63,481 bases of DNA, filler included, from Sphaerodactylus townsendi (GCF_021028975.2; 4 parts of 4 records of this genome joined end to end with filler, not necessarily neighbours in it); one strand, 5' to 3'; positions 38,466 through 54,238 are shown, counted from the first letter of the whole stretch. Numbers and translations: made by a program. The notes: generated from the sequence alone by a model not told the origin.

Positions 38466-41400
38466 ACCTGGGAGGCAGGTGGGCACCGCAGACCTTGGTG
38501 GCACCAGACATAGAAGGGAGGCTGGCACTAGGAGCTGCATTGTCATTTGATCTGATGCCAGGACAGGGGAGATGGCAGGACAGAGTATTTCCAGTCAGGC
38601 TTTCGTGCTGTGTGCTCTGTTACTGCCCTATAATCTGCCCCTCCCCGTGCCTTCAGCCCCATGAGAGCTTTCAGCTGGCTGAGGAGGTTTGTTGTTTTTC
38701 ACACCTCCTGGCACCACCAAAATCCCTCTAAAGGTGACACATTTCAGCGCCTCAGGCAGTGGATGGGGTTGTTAATAAGCCTGGCCACAAAAACAGCAGA
38801 CTGGGGCACTCTAATCTGGAGAACCAGGTTTGATTCCCTGTTCTGCCACTTGAACCGTGGAGGCTTATCTGGTGAACTTGATTAGCTTGTGCAACACATG
38901 CCAGCAGGGTGACCTTAGGCTAGTCACAGTTCTTCAGAGCTCTCTCAGCCCCACCCACCTCACAGGGTGTTTGTTGTGGGGGGGGGGGGAGAAAGGGAAA
39001 GGAGATTGTCAGCCCCTTTGAGTCTGTCGCATATACATAAAAAGTATTGAAATTGTTAGCTTTGAACTCGGCACTTGATTAGAGAAGCTGATCAAGTGTC
39101 CCTATTTCATTTCTGCACAGAAGTAAACGGATTGAATATTTCCCACCCCTTGTGTGTGATTATTGGCCTAAGAAACAAACCAGGCAATGGCCCCCAGTGT
39201 TTGAGGACAACACCAACACAGACTGTGCACAAGAACAACATTAAATGAACATTCTTAAAAACGACACTTGGGTGTGTGGTTTATTCTGAAAATCTAGCAA
39301 CAAAGGAGAAGGAGTCTATACTTTTTAAGAACCAGATAGAACATCTGCAAGGACAGCTTTGTCATACCGGGTTGAATAATGCCAAATTTTATTCCAGGCA
39401 TCCAAAGGGAAGATTACAAGAGGAATCTTTTCTTTGTTTATGAAAAAGGAACTTGGGTCAGCTAAAATATGGCTTCCAGAGGAACCCCTTCCTCCTATAA
39501 AGTTCAAGTGCAAAAGCACTTTAAAGACCAAAAATAATTTTACAATATGAGTTTTTGAGACTGTAGATTTGAATCTATCTGTTCTACTGCAGTCCACTGA
39601 GCCTACATCCTGAAACGTTTTCCTAGCTGTTTGCTAACCAGGAAGAAAAAAAATCCCCCCCTTACAAATATATATCTGCATATTTCTGCCACAGCTGAAA
39701 CACAGAGTCTAATATAGCTCATCAGGTGCCCCTGCACAGTGAAAACCTCTAAGTAGAGGGAGAAGAGTTTGGATTTATACCTCGCCTTTCTCTCCTGTAA
39801 GTGGCTTACAAACTCCGTCCCTGCCTCTCCCCATGACAGACACCTTGTGGGGTAGGTGGGGTTGAGAGAGTTCTGAGAAAACTGTGACTAACCCAAAGCC
39901 ACCCAGAAGGCTTCATGTGGAAGAGTGTGTGCGGGGGGGAGGGGGGATCCAGTTCATTGGGTTAGAGTTTGGCACTCATATGGAGGAGTGGGGAATCAAA
40001 CCCAGTTCTCCAGATTAGAATCCACCACTTTTAACACTCTGCCTCTCAATACCAGGATAGGGTGGTCAACTCTTAGGAGGGAGATTCCTTGTGAGGGAGC
40101 TTGGTAGGGATGTGATGACATAGACTCCACCATCCAAAGTAACCATTTTCTCTGTGCCATCAAGGAAGCCCAGCGTCGCTATGCAGAGGTACACAATAGC
40201 AAACCACCCCTGAGTGTCTCTTGCTTTGCGACTCTACTGGGTTGTCATAAGTCAGGAGCAACCTGATGGCACTTTGCACCATAGGGTAGGATGAGAAGGC
40301 ACACTGAGATGGCATAGATTGGTGTAAACATGTTATCTGGGCCCTAGCCAGGTGAAGTCTGTTGGGCAAAGGCTGAGTTGTGGCTGAATAGCCCTCCCTG
40401 GGTCTGTGATTGAATTACCTGAGTGATAAGCCTGATTACCAAAGATAGCTGATGACCTTGGACTCACCTGTGATTAAGTTTCCAGAGAACTCCGTATTGC
40501 CAGGCAGATTCCTGGATTGTCTGAGAAGATCAGTTATTGTCGTATCTTTTAATTCAAGTACACCTGTCCATGACTTGCATCCATGCTTATCAGTAATTCC
40601 CCCAGCAAAAAACCTCCCCAATTTCCTTACTAATTGGCAGTTGTGTGGTTGGTTGCTAAGCGCTATCCGTTATGCGTACCTCTCTTCAAGCAGACACTAT
40701 ACCTGCTTATATTACTCTGTTGTGTAATTTTATTTAACCTCCAAGGCCTCTTATCATGCTTTGTTAACTGCCTTGGGGCCCTATAAAGGAAAGGAAAGGC
40801 AAAAATCATGTAAGTGAATGAACAATTGAATGCAATAAACTACTGTATCATTTTATGTGTTATGTTTTAATTTGTTTCTGGCCAAGCTGAAGTACTGAGT
40901 ATGAGCAACCAGGATTTGGGTTTGGTGGTTTCAATGGGCTGCAGTAGTAGTAGTAGTAATGCAAATAATCATATTACAGCATATGCATAGTGTTGTTGTT
41001 TTTCTAGAATTTAGAACATAATGATCTAGGCTTGCACAATTTGCAGAATTGAAAATTGCCCAGATTTTGGCTGCATCCATAATTCATAACACTGTGATCA
41101 CAGCAATAATTTGCAACCAGATTTTTCTCCAAGGAATAGGCAGTCTAGTTGCAAATGATTGCTAGTGTACAACGACAGCATAATATTCACTGATACGTGG
41201 ATGGAGTCATATGGAGTATCACTAAACCAACTTAGAAATATACATAATTCCACACATCATATTTATAACGATTGCAACTTGCTATAAATATAATGTGTAA
41301 AATCACTCAAATTGCTGGAGCAGACCTCGAGATTTAGTCCAGACTCCTGCACAATGCAGAAAATTCACAACTACTTTCCTCCACAGACTTCCCAGAGTGC

Positions 41401-43316
41401 CCTGCTCTATGCCTAAAGGAAGGCAAAGAACCTCCAGGGTCCCTGGCCAGTCTGACGCAGAAGAAAATTCCTTCCTGATTCCAAGAATAGCAATTGGCAT
41501 TACCCTGAGCATGTAAGAAAGGGCCACCAGTGATGGATACTGACTTATCCCTTCTAGCCTCCCTCTCAAACACAAGGCAAAGTATAGCCATTTTAAAATA
41601 ATGTTAAAATTCACAATTGTGAATTGTGACCCTCACACGAGGCTGATTTTCTCGATATGTATGAAAACCCCAAACTCTCACTCCTATGTTGTCCAATTAG
41701 CCATTTTATTTAAAAAGAAATCCTTAAAATCTCCCCCAAAGGCAGAAATAGGACCTGGATTTATTAGGGCCAGGAATTAAAACAAAAATTAGGGAAATTG
41801 AGGCACAGAGCATGGATCTAGCATAGCTTTTCTGGCTGCATATGCAGTCTCATCCTCTTCCTTTCTAATAACAGCAAAGTTCTAAATAGATGCAGGAAGG
41901 TTTCAAGTTCTGCCCTTTTAGTAATCCAAAGAAAGAAGCAATTGTTCCCTAGTCTGCAATTACCCAGTCCCTGCTGAATTTCAGGTTGAAACAAGATGTC
42001 TCCTGCTGGAGTGGGTGTGTGTGATGTTTCTTTAAAACATTAGTTTGCTGTTTCTTCACAGGCAGGAAATGCAGTCGCTTAGTGGGAGAGGCCTATTTCA
42101 AACTGTTGCTGAGGTCTTCCGCCAATCAGAAAGCAGCTCCATCCTGCAGCTCCAATCAGGCAATTCCTCAGCCTGCAGGGTAACTTCACCTGAATGCCAG
42201 GAAAGACCGGCAGTTCCCTGCTGATTTGCAGAAAAGCAAATGGCTTCTATGTGGGTTATTCCCACTCAAGTTTCACCCAAAATACAGGCCACATGTGCCT
42301 GGTTTTGGATGCCTCCCTTACAGACTCAAGTAGCGTCAGTCTCTTAAGATTCAGGGAAGCTCTGTACACTCAAAGGTCCCTTCCACACATGCAGAATAAT
42401 GCACTTTCAATCCACTTTCACAATTGTCTGCAAGTGGATTTTGCTATTCCACAGTAAAATCCAGCTGCAAAGTACTTTGAAAGTGCATTATTTTGCATGT
42501 GTGGAAGGGGCCAGGGGGTGCTGAGGACCTCCAAAACATTAGGTTAATAACCCTGTTCCAGTCTTGCATGTGGAGGGCTGTAGCTTCCTCTATTGACTCA
42601 ATCCAATCTTGTGCTGGGTTGTTGCCTTCAGTTTTTCCTAACGTCTTTTTCCAATGAAGAATAACCCTTCCCAAATCTGGGGCAGTGCATCTAATGACCA
42701 AAAGCCTCACACTAGCAATTCAGAGAAAACACAAGAAATTCCCACTTTTCCTGAACGGATTAGGCAAAATTAGCAGGGCAGTCCACTACCATTTCATGTT
42801 AATATGCAGATAGTAAGCAAATTTTCAAACCCTGTTGAGTCTCAGGTTCAAAAAAAGCATGTGTCCCACTAGGTTGATTTTATAAAATTTAGTTCACTGC
42901 CAGTAGTGAAGTGCAAGATAACCAAAGCTCTCTACCTTGCCTTGCTTAAAGCACTTTCTTTAAAGTTTACAGAAGTGCAGAGTACAGTGTGCTGCAGTAA
43001 ATGGGCCATTATCAAACTCAGCACCATCCAAGAATCGAGCCCAGAACTAAGGAACCCATAATTGCAGCTGCTGATGCTACAAACCTAAATGCCTTAGTGC
43101 TGAAATCCAATTTCCCAAACCTGCTCTTGAAATACAATTATTTTTCTGAAGGGGAGGGAAGGAAAGGATTAAGAAAAAGGAGCTTAAAAAAAGACAAGAC
43201 ACTTTCTCAGCCTAAACTCTTTGAGACTATTACATACATTTCCCATCCGCTACCAAGTTTAGGAGTATCAATACTTTGCTATTTTAAGTCTCATTAGAAA
43301 CATGGTAGCAGCTAAC

Positions 43317-43357
43317 AGCTCTTTTTTCGAGTTCTGTGGGTGGCCCTTAAAAGAGCC
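43317..43357 (-). terminator. H3 stem-loop and HDE
   Basis: GGCTCT-TTTA-AGGGCC (43342-43357, one G.U pair), then AAAGAGCTG. Confidence 0.9.
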
Positions 43358-43395
43358 TTTGGATTACTTTGTTGCTCGCAGCCGAGTTGAGAAAC

Positions 43396-43818
<423 letters not shown>

Positions 43819-43879
43819 TCAAGACAACACAATTCCTACGAAGAACACAGCGGTATGCGAGCAAGTGCTTGGGGGGCAG

Positions 43880-44020
43880 AGAATTTATAGCAAAAGCCCC
43901 CGCTCTTGATTGGCTGGGGAGGTCAGCCTATCAGTTTGAGATTTTGAATTTCCCGGGCTTGTCCAGGATTGGCCACCGCGCTCCCGGTCTCTTTTCCCGC
44001 CCCTTCACCGCTATTGGATG
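43880..44020 (-). promoter_or_regulatory. H3 promoter (TATA box and three CCAAT boxes)
   Basis: TATAAA on the minus strand at ~43884-43889; CCAAT at ~43909, ~43968 and ~44013. Confidence 0.75.
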
Positions 44021-45222
44021 CCAGTATGCATCCTCTTCCCAGGGCGCTCTGAACTCTTGCTTTGTTCCCAAGGGCGAAAATATCCACGTTCCCTTGGAAG
44101 TCCTTCCAAGAAGGGAAACGCGAGGCGAACCCGCGTGTCTTGTGGGATGATTCGTTCTTCGAGATCAATTTTTCATTTTTTTTTATTCCGATACGTCAAC
44201 ATATTACCTCATGGTGTTTTTTCCCCTCGTTCTTTGCCGACTCTTTTCCTTAAAAATTATACGTCTTTCCAAGTCACCCTCAATTTATGCTTGTGTAGCT
44301 TCCCTTCCCGCTTTGTCTTATTTTATCGTTCAAAGTCAAAGCACGTTAAATACACCTTTTGGGCAACATGTTATTAATTTCGCAGATACGTGCATGGTTT
44401 GTGAACTCTAAACCTGGGTAATCCAGTGTATTTTTATTTTAGTCAATGAAGTTTTGCTATATAGGGGAAGGGGACAGGTAAATCTAATTAGACCCACAAA
44501 GGGTCAGTTTGGGGTCGGAGGGATTAGATTATCTCGTGATTTTGGGGGGTGGAATTCCACCACATACTGAATGATTTCATGCATGTTTACATGGAAATAA
44601 ATCTGAGTCAGCATATCTGGAATAGGGATACCGCCAGTATATCCCATTCCTGGGCAGCATTTGTCCCAGAACCCTTCCAGGAAGAAGAAGAGTTTCGGAT
44701 TTATATGCCCCCTTTTTCTCCTGTAAGGAGACTCAAGGTGGTTTCCAAGCTCCTTTCCCTTCCTCTCCCCACAACAGGCACCTTGTAAGGTAGGTGGAGC
44801 TGAGAGAGTTCCAAAGAAATGTGACTAACTCAAGGTCACCCAGCAGGAATGTAGGAGGGTGAAAACACATCAGGTTCACCAGATAAGCCTCAGCCACTCA
44901 GGTGGAAGAGTAGGGAATCAAACCTAGTTCTCCAGATTAGAATTCACCTGCTCTTAACCACTACACCTCAAGGAAGAGGATGGGTCGAAGAGGATGGGTC
45001 AGAGACAATTCTTGCCTCCACCATTTTGCTTTAACAGCTGTGCTGCCTGGAGTGAAAAATGCTGAAGGCTTCAGAGCTACAGACAAGCTTGCATTGCTTT
45101 AATAAACTGTGAGGCGAAGTTATGGACAGGAAAGTGGTTTGAAAATCCCATACTGTGAAATGATTGGATTACAAACAACAACAAAAAAATCCTCCTCCTC
45201 AATCTCTAATGTACCAGGCTAA

Positions 45223-45989
45223 CTGGCACGATGGCCAAATACTTATTACAAATCCCGGATTCTAAACAACGCTGGGTACTGACTCGAGCCAGATGCAATG
45301 TTTTTTCCCCTGCCCTTTTGCAAGGCCGGATTGAGAAGCGGCCTCTATCACATAGACTATGCCCTTTCTGTCCCACCATGGTGGAAACATTGGACCACAT
45401 TTTATGTTATTGCCCAAAATATAATCCCCAGAGGGAAGCTTTAGTACTACCGATAATGGGAAATGTGCCCCCCCAAATATCAATCCCAAAATTGTTAAAC
45501 AGTAATAATCCTTCTATACTTGGGAGAATAGCCAATTATTTGCTGCAAGTCATGTCCTTAAGAGGTATGTAAAATAGGCAAGTACAAAACTATTTAAATG
45601 TGAAATATTCCATACCTCTGATACTCCTGGGGTATTTTAGAAGGTGTTTATAAGGAGCTCACTGTTATTTATTGCATTTTATGGAAATTTAATCAATTTA
45701 TAGTATTAATTAGTATATACAATTTATAGATCTTGGGGAAGGCTATACCTTTTTAGTAAATAGGCTATGAATAACGAATATCTTAATCCTGTCTTTTAAG
45801 TGTAGTTTTACTATACCTGTTCACAATCACGTGGACAAAATTTTTTAATCTACGTTATTTTTATAAATGAAGTGTGATTTTAGAATGTAAAACTACTCAT
45901 AGACGCCATGTACAACTCTTTTAAATTTAGTGATGGTCTATACTCACGCTTTTGTATCTTATGCCAATAAAGGTCTATTGTATACAGTA
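45223..45989 (+). mobile_element. 5'-truncated LINE (same family) with 11-bp TSD
   Basis: LTRARCN...RLCPFC...ETLDHILCYCPKY; ATGCCAATAAAGG 3' end. TSD TACCAGGCTAA at 45212-45222 and 45990-46000. Confidence 0.88.
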
Positions 45990-46754
45990 TACCAGGCTAA
46001 TTTTTTTAAATTTTAAAATGATAAGGGTCTGAGCAGTTTCCTTATACAATATCTCATATCTGACGAAGAAGCTTTGACTCTGGAAAACTCATCCCACGAA
46101 AATCTTATCCGTTTCTTAAGAGCTCCTGGACTGGAATCAAACTACTATACAATAGGAGAGCTTTCTCTTAATTCCAAGACCTTGAAGAAGGGGACAAGAA
46201 GCCCCGCAAGAGCAGGAAGGATACCTGTCTTTTTCTTGCCTTCCTGGGCAAGATTTTCAAACAGTTTTAAATGACCAAAACCCACACATAGAAGCTTTGG
46301 AATAAGGCACTGCTTTAGCTTGTCATTTAGAAGAAGAGAAGAGTTTGGATTTATATCCCACCTTTCTCTCCTGTGAGACTCAAGGTGGCCTACAAGCTCC
46401 TTTCCCCACCTCTCCCGACAACAAATGCCTTGTGAGGTAGGTGGGGTTGAGAGAGGTTTGAATTAACTGTGACTAGCCCAGACCAGCAGGAACGTAGGAG
46501 TGTGCAAACACATCTGGTTCACCAGATTAGAATCCACCTGCTCTTAACCACTGCACCACGCTGGCTTCTAACCAATTCTAACCAGAATATGCCATGGAAG
46601 TGTGTTGGGTTTTAGAGTATCGCTCAAAATACCTCTCTGTCCTCCTCAGTGGCCTAGTTTGGGGCCACTGAGCCACCTTCAGCAGGGCAGGGATGGTTGT
46701 GAGGATAAAATGGACAGATAAAACTGACCATTCCGAGTTTCTTAGAGGAAGTAC

Positions 46755-46990
46755 GACATGATAGCCATGTTTAAATATTTGAAGGGATGTCATGTTGAAG
46801 ATGAAGCAAGGTTGTTCTCGGTTGCTCCTGAGCCTAGGACAGGGAGAAATGGGTTCAAAGTACAGGAAAAGAGATCCCACCTAAACATCGGGAAGAACTC
46901 CATGACAGTAACGACTGTTCAACAGTGGAATAGAGGCTGGATGATAATTGGGAGTGCTTTGATTGGGGGTTGGCCCTTGTGGTTGGACTC
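46755..46990 (+). mobile_element. CR1 LINE 3' fragment
   Basis: MIAMFKYLKGCHVEDEARLFSVAPEPRTGRNGFK...VQQWN, typical of the CR1 ORF2 C-terminus. Confidence 0.85.
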
Positions 46991-47069
46991 AATGAAGCAA
47001 GCGTACGATTAGGATACAGCAAGCTTCAGAAGGTAGCCAGTAGCATAAGCAGTGGAGGCTGAACAGCCC

Positions 47070-47260
47070 ACGGTAGCTCGACCTCACCAGATCTTTGGAA
47101 GCTGAACAGGGTTAGAACTTGGGTGGGAGACCATCAAGGAAGGCCAGGGTCAGAAGGCAAGATGCAGAACCTATAATACAAAGCCCACCTCTGAACATCT
47201 CTTGCCTTGAAAACTGGGAGAGGAAGGGACAGAAAAGAATCACCTGTAACTTGAACAAAA
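47070..47260 (+). mobile_element. 5S rRNA-derived SINE with Sauria-like body
   Basis: GATCTTTGGAAGCTGAACAGGGTTAGAACTTGGGTGGGAGACC (5S A/C-box-like), then CCACCTCTGAACATCTCTTGCCTTGAAAAC. Confidence 0.65.
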
Positions 47261-47910
47261 AACCCCACAAAAGACACTGGAATGGAGACCTGTAATCTAG
47301 TAAAATGCAATATATGGAAAATGATTTGTGAGTGAGAGGCAATTATTTCAACCTATACTACCTCACAGAGTTGTTGTGAGGATCAAATGCAAGAGAGGTG
47401 AATGACATAAAGCCATGCTACCATTGGGGAGAAAGGCAGATATAAGTGACTTGAATAGATCAATAAATCCTTACAGCAGCCAACTGAGGATTCCCTGCCC
47501 CTATGCTACATCCTAGCACTAGTTGGCAGGTTTACCATCTGTAGATATGTAAATTACAGAAACATGTAGATAGCAAGTTTTCAGTCACCCTGGCTAGCAA
47601 TCCCAATCCACCCAACACTCTTTGACAGAATCATCAGTACACAGTCCCTACTCTGAACCAAACTGCCTCCCAGAATATGAATTTTAGATTTCAAGAGGTT
47701 AACTTTCCTGAGGACCACCCCTGCAAAAAGGGCTTTCGCGGGAAGTATTTTCTTCAGCTTCACACCTTCATCTACAACAGCAAATTGTTTTTAGGACATG
47801 AAGCTGTAGAAAAGGGCAGGGGCGGGGGGGGGGGAGAGATATCTGGTAGAATGCTTGCCTGGAAAGTACCAGCAGTGACAAACTGAAAAGTGCTATTTAC
47901 ATAGACTCGC

Positions 47911-47950
47911 AGCTCTTTATGTGATATTGTAGGTGGCTCTGAAAAGAGCC
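47911..47950 (-). terminator. H2A stem-loop and HDE
   Basis: GGCTCT-TTTC-AGAGCC (47935-47950), then AAAGAGCTG. Confidence 0.92.
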
Positions 47951-48007
47951 TTTAGGTTTAAAATAGACGAGCCCCTTTTGTCCTCGGCGCTGGCAGCGGC
48001 GGCTTGT

Positions 48008-48430
<423 letters not shown>

Positions 48431-48479
48431 TTAACAGCAAAGAAAAGCACGTCGCGAATGATCACTCAGGGCAGAACGG

Positions 48480-48750
48480 GGGCTTTTTATGCCGTCCTGA
48501 GGTTTCGGGGAACTGCACTTTTGATTGGCTGCGCTTGGAATTAGTGGCTCGTCGGCCAATGAGAGGACGGGTTTCTCAGCCCTGCCAACCCAAGGAGAAG
48601 ATGTTGCACCCGTCCAATAGAAACGAGAGGCTCACAGTCGCCCTGTTTTGCATGAGCGCGCGCGGCGGCGGTGATGTCAGAAGGCGCGGGATCCAATGGG
48701 ATCAGCGCAGCTTGGAGCCCTTGATTTGCATAAAGGCGCTTTAAATACTG
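48480..48750. promoter_or_regulatory. Bidirectional H2A/H2B promoter
   Basis: H2A TATA ~48484-48489, four CCAAT boxes, H2B octamer ATTTGCAT 48724-48731 and TTTAAATA ~48740. Confidence 0.88.
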
Positions 48751-48800
48751 GCCAGGCTGAATTGTGCCGCACTTGCGTTTTGTGCCTGAAGGCGAATTGA

Positions 48801-49223
<423 letters not shown>

Positions 49224-49262
49224 NNNNNNNNNNNNTTCGCAAGGAGATCGAGAACCACAAAA

Positions 49263-49303
49263 GGCTCTTTTAAGAGCCACCCACCCTTTCCTAAAAAAAG
49301 CTG
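49263..49303 (+). terminator. H2B stem-loop and HDE
   Basis: GGCTCT-TTTA-AGAGCC (49263-49278), ACCCA, then AAAAAGCTG. Confidence 0.9.
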
Positions 49304-49880
49304 CAAGGACTGCATTCTGCCTCATCCATTAAGTTACAGTGCTTATCTGGCGGAATTTATCAAAACAACTTTTCGCTTTTAAGAAGCTTTTCAGAATACA
49401 GTGTTTTAACATTTCATGTGTTTTCAGGTTGGGGTCTCCTCCCCACACTCTTAATTAAGATAGGCTCTTCACCATAAAGCAGTTTTGTTATTTAATTGAT
49501 ATAGTGTGGTTTTAATTGTAATAAAAATATTCTTGATTTTAGTCTGTTAAAAATATGTTCCCTTCTCCCAAATCTAAGCTGATAGCTGGGAAAAGTAGGG
49601 ATGAAGGGGGGGGGGGTGAGACTGAAAAGTCCTAAACTTGTGTCATTCTCTGCTGTTTAGCAACACAGCATAGTAGAGGTTAAAAAAAACAAGGCTATGT
49701 ACTTGTTGCTTATTCCTGTGCTTATGTACCCTGGGAGCACATTTTGTGAAAAAGCTCATCTTTTGTTACAAACGTGGCATAAATTGAAACAAGGAACAAT
49801 GTAACGTACTTTATTCTCTACTATTGGATTGCTAGTATCCTGGGCATATTTTGCTGCAGTTAAAAGCACATGATCTCTTA

Positions 49881-50021
49881 GGCTCATTCTGCACATGCAG
49901 AATAACGCACTTTCAAACCACTTTCACAATTGTTTGCAAGTGGATTTTGCCATTTCGCACAGCTTCAAAGAGCACTGAAAGCAGTTTGAAAGTGCATTAT
50001 TCTGCATGTGCGGAATGAGCC
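49881..50021. mobile_element. PIF/Harbinger-type MITE (other copies at 8140-8265, 9906-10046, 42375-42512)
   Basis: TIR GGCTCATTCTGCACATGCAGAATAA...; 3-bp TSD TTA here and ATT at the 9906 copy. Confidence 0.82.
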
Positions 50022-51850
50022 TTAGGGTTCCTGAGAACATTTGTGACATTGGTGATTTTGCACAGCACATTTATAATGAGCTGCTGTCATTATAAATGAA
50101 CCCACTTTCCTTTCTTCTGTTTGTATGTGTGCCCTTCACGTGTTCAGGAAGCAATTTGAGTCCAGGAAAACAATGCGGGGTGCTTTCGTGCCTTCCCATG
50201 GCTGAGAAGGCATCCAGAAATGCCCCAGAATCCAATTGGCTGCACCTGCAGAGCTTCATCTATCCAACACACAATTAAAAATAAATAAAAAGGCACTGTC
50301 TTGCAATGGCCAAACAATAAGGAATGTGTCACTGAAGATCTATGAATGTAATGGCGGTCATACTCACCGCTATGGGGAGAAAACATGCTTGGGGGACAAG
50401 GGCAGGCGGGCAGCAGCAGTCGACAGGAGAGTGGAAGGGAGGGGGGAATTGGCTGGCAGCCGGGAGAAATGAAAGATCTCCTGCCTGTTGTGTTCCGGCA
50501 GGAGCGCCTTCAACCTGGGATTTTGCAAAAATATTGCTGGTTTAGCAATTTTTGAAAAACCTGGGTTGAGAGGAATATAATGGGCTCATGTTATTTGGGG
50601 GGAGAGACCTGTGTGAAGTTCTTCCCCTAAATGGTGTCTATAACATCCTAAGGATGTTCTATTTGTGCTGTGTGGAATCCCTCAGAGTGAAGAGGAAAGA
50701 ACTTGGGGGGGGGGGGGGGTAGGGAAGACTTTTGTGGGGGGAGGAGTATTAAGGTTTTGAATGAGAACTGATAGAAAGGAGTGGAAGTCCCCAATATTCT
50801 TGTGTGTTCAATGGCAGAATTCTGAGAGGAGATATTGTGCTTCACATGTTTACCCAGACTTTTAACTTAATCTGGAAGTTATGCCTTGAGTCCCAGATGG
50901 GAATTTAATCCTGGATATAAAACCCTGTTCCACATAGCTTGGAAACTGAGTGAGATACTGAAAACAGGTGTGGGGTTAGTGTCAAGATTCTAGAAATGAG
51001 CACAATTCAAATTGAATTCTCCATGTTTGAACTATTAGAACATTATTATTGCATCATATCTGGTTCTTCTAATTATCTACAGTCTATCTTATTTTATTCT
51101 CAAAACACCCCAGTGAGAGACTTGGTTGATAAGTTACCAGATCCCACTCACCAGGTTTTGGCATTGAACAGGGACTTACAGCTCTGTCTTGTCAAAACCA
51201 AGAGAAACAGTTTTCCTAGTTAAGATATTGGTTTTGCTACATTTGCAAATAGTACTTTTGTTATAAAACAGCTTGAATCTGTGGGAAACGGACCAAGAGA
51301 GGGAGGGAAAAGACCAGGCAGTTTTGCAGTATTTTGCACGCTTTATTATGTAGTTGCAATCTCAAAAATGTTAATGGTTTACTTTTTAAAAGTTTTTCAA
51401 TGCAGCATGGCACATAAAACAAACATTAACTGGGCCTTTGCACCAAGTTCAGTGGATTTAGCTGGATGGTTGGGTAGCTTCTATCTTTTCTCACTCCTCC
51501 TGAACAAGGAAATTACACCAAGCTTGGTTAATGTGAGAATAAAATTACAACATGTTGAAGAAAAGTAGAATAGAAAATAAGGCGACACAATAGATGCAGT
51601 TCAAAGCCCATTTACATTTGCAAGAGGGCCCCCACATTTTCTTTTAAAAAGTACCAGAAGTGTGTTGCATACTTAGTTTCCAAATAGCACCCTTGGGTTT
51701 GAATAAATGAGTCATCCCATAACCTTTATGAAACAGAACACATGATTTTGATAGGAATCTTGAAGCCTTTGATTTTCTTTAAAAGGGTTTCTCACCCTGA
51801 ATCAGGAAGAGTAAGTCAATAAAACACACAACCCCCACACATTGCAGGTC

Positions 51851-52555
51851 TTAGTGAAAGGGTGGTAAGCCAAACTGCTCAGGCCTGAAATCTGTCATTG
51901 ACCGCAGCACCACGGTGGCTCCCTTGGTGAGATCTTTGTTCAGTTTTTCATCTGGAATCATGACCACCTGCATGCCGGCTGCCAGTGCTGCTTGGACCCC
52001 ATTGGGAGCATCCTCAAAGACAAGACACTTTTCTGGCAGGGGCGGCGGGTTAAATCTCCGGGCGCAGACTAAAAAGAGGTCAGGCTGTGGTTTGCCCTCC
52101 TTCACTTCTGGGTCATCTCCCAAGACAATGTGATGAAACAAACTAAAGAAATCCTTGTGGCGAGTGGCTTTCAAGTCAAAGCTCTCTCGGGAGGAGCTAC
52201 TCGCCACCGCCATGGGGATCTGGTGCTGATGCAGGTGTCTGATGAGTTCTGCAACTCCCGGCATCAAGTTGGCATCGGGGAACAATTTACCTTGCTGGAT
52301 TCTGCATTCCTGCAATAGTTCTTCTTTGGAGAGTGGGAGATCGAGGACGTCTCGGATTATCTCTGAGGCTTCAAGGGCCTTTTTGCCCATGACTAAGGAT
52401 TTCACGTCCCAGGTGTACGTCTTGCCAAAGCGCTGACAGACTTCTTGGGTCGCAATCGTGTAAAGGAGTTCCGTGTCCAGCAGCAGGCCGTCCATGTCAA
52501 AGAGCAGGTGAGTGACGGCTTGCAGGGAAGCAGGGCTAGAGGAAGACCAGGCCAT
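51851..52555 (-). CDS. PUDP: Pseudouridine-5'-phosphatase (HAD family; HDHD1), intronless copy
   Basis: 234-aa ORF collinear with recalled human PUDP ([16 protein letters not shown]; [15 protein letters not shown]; [10 protein letters not shown]; [11 protein letters not shown]; FRPEQFGLP). HAD motifs I-IV are intact, with no introns, frameshifts or internal stops. Kozak gcaATGG; AATAAA on the minus strand at 51342-51347. Confidence 0.95.
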   Translation of the reverse strand: MAWSSSSPASLQAVTHLLFDMDGLLLDTELLYTIATQEVCQRFGKTYTWDVKSLVMGKKALEASEIIRDVLDLPLSKEELLQECRIQQGKLFPDANLMPGVAELIRHLHQHQIPMAVASSSSRESFDLKATRHKDFFSLFHHIVLGDDPEVKEGKPQPDLFLVCARRFNPPPLPEKCLVFEDAPNGVQAALAAGMQVVMIPDEKLNKDLTKGATVVLRSMTDFRPEQFGLPPFH

Positions 52556-53308
<753 letters not shown>

Positions 53309-53348
53309 GTCTTGCTGCAGAGCGCAACAGCGACAATAAAACCTAAAA

Positions 53349-53389
53349 GGTCCTTTTAAGGGCCACCCACTTTTTCAATGGGAGAGCTG
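53349..53389 (+). terminator. H4 stem-loop and HDE
   Basis: GGTCCT-TTTA-AGGGCC (53349-53364), ACCCA, then GGAGAGCTG. Confidence 0.88.
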
Positions 53390-54238
53390 CATTTCTTTCT
53401 GCGTTCAATTAACGTTGCTATTCTTTAAGGGCGGCAAGTTAGCTGCTGGGTTAGCGAAACGATTCGGTCTAAACCATGTGCTCCTTTATAGGTTGCAAAT
53501 ACAAGCCTCCTGTTTAACTTACAAAAAAGGAGTAGAGTGAGATATTGGTATGTTGTATGAAACCGATTTTGTCCCCTGCGCCGCTCAAGGAAAAAAAAAC
53601 CGTCTCCAGGGATTGCATGGCAGGACAAAGAAATTTTCTTCGGTGCTGAGCTACTTCCTATTTCTCAACAGCCTTTGTTCTCAAGTCCTTTGTTTGCCTC
53701 GGTGTAATGTCATTGGTTACAGCCAATGAGGTCACAAAGGGGAACCGAAGGATTTAAGAACTACGTGCTGGGCGTCCGTTCCGTTCCTTAGAGACGCCAG
53801 GCACTGTGGGAACGGTAGTCCAGCTGTTGGGCGGTATTATTTCGTGGAGATGTGTTCTCCAGTTAAACATAAAATGATGAGGCGTAACAGTCCTGGCTTG
53901 CACTTTTCGTGAATGGACTTAACCCACCCTGATGCCTCAGTCTTCTGCAGTATGAACAATTGTTACAGTAGATGAATTGGTTTGGAAAGTATGGAGCTAC
54001 AAAATTCTTTGCTGGCGGTTGCTGACGTGATTTGTAATATATTAAAGGAATCAAGGTATGGAAAATTGTATTGACGAAGGCTTTCACGGCCGGACTCAGC
54101 TGGTTGTTGTGGGCTTTCCGGGCTGTGTGGCCGTGGTCTGGTAGATTTCGAAACGTTTCGCCTGCATCTGTTAGGAACAACATCAACCAGTACAGAAAGT
54201 TGCTTTGCTGGGTCGCTTCTGGCTAAGATAATCTATAT

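Noticed and set aside
46060-46135. Second hammerhead-like core CTGACGA...GAAA in a Penelope remnant
   Set aside because: Stems are too degraded to fold; treated as a decayed PLE.
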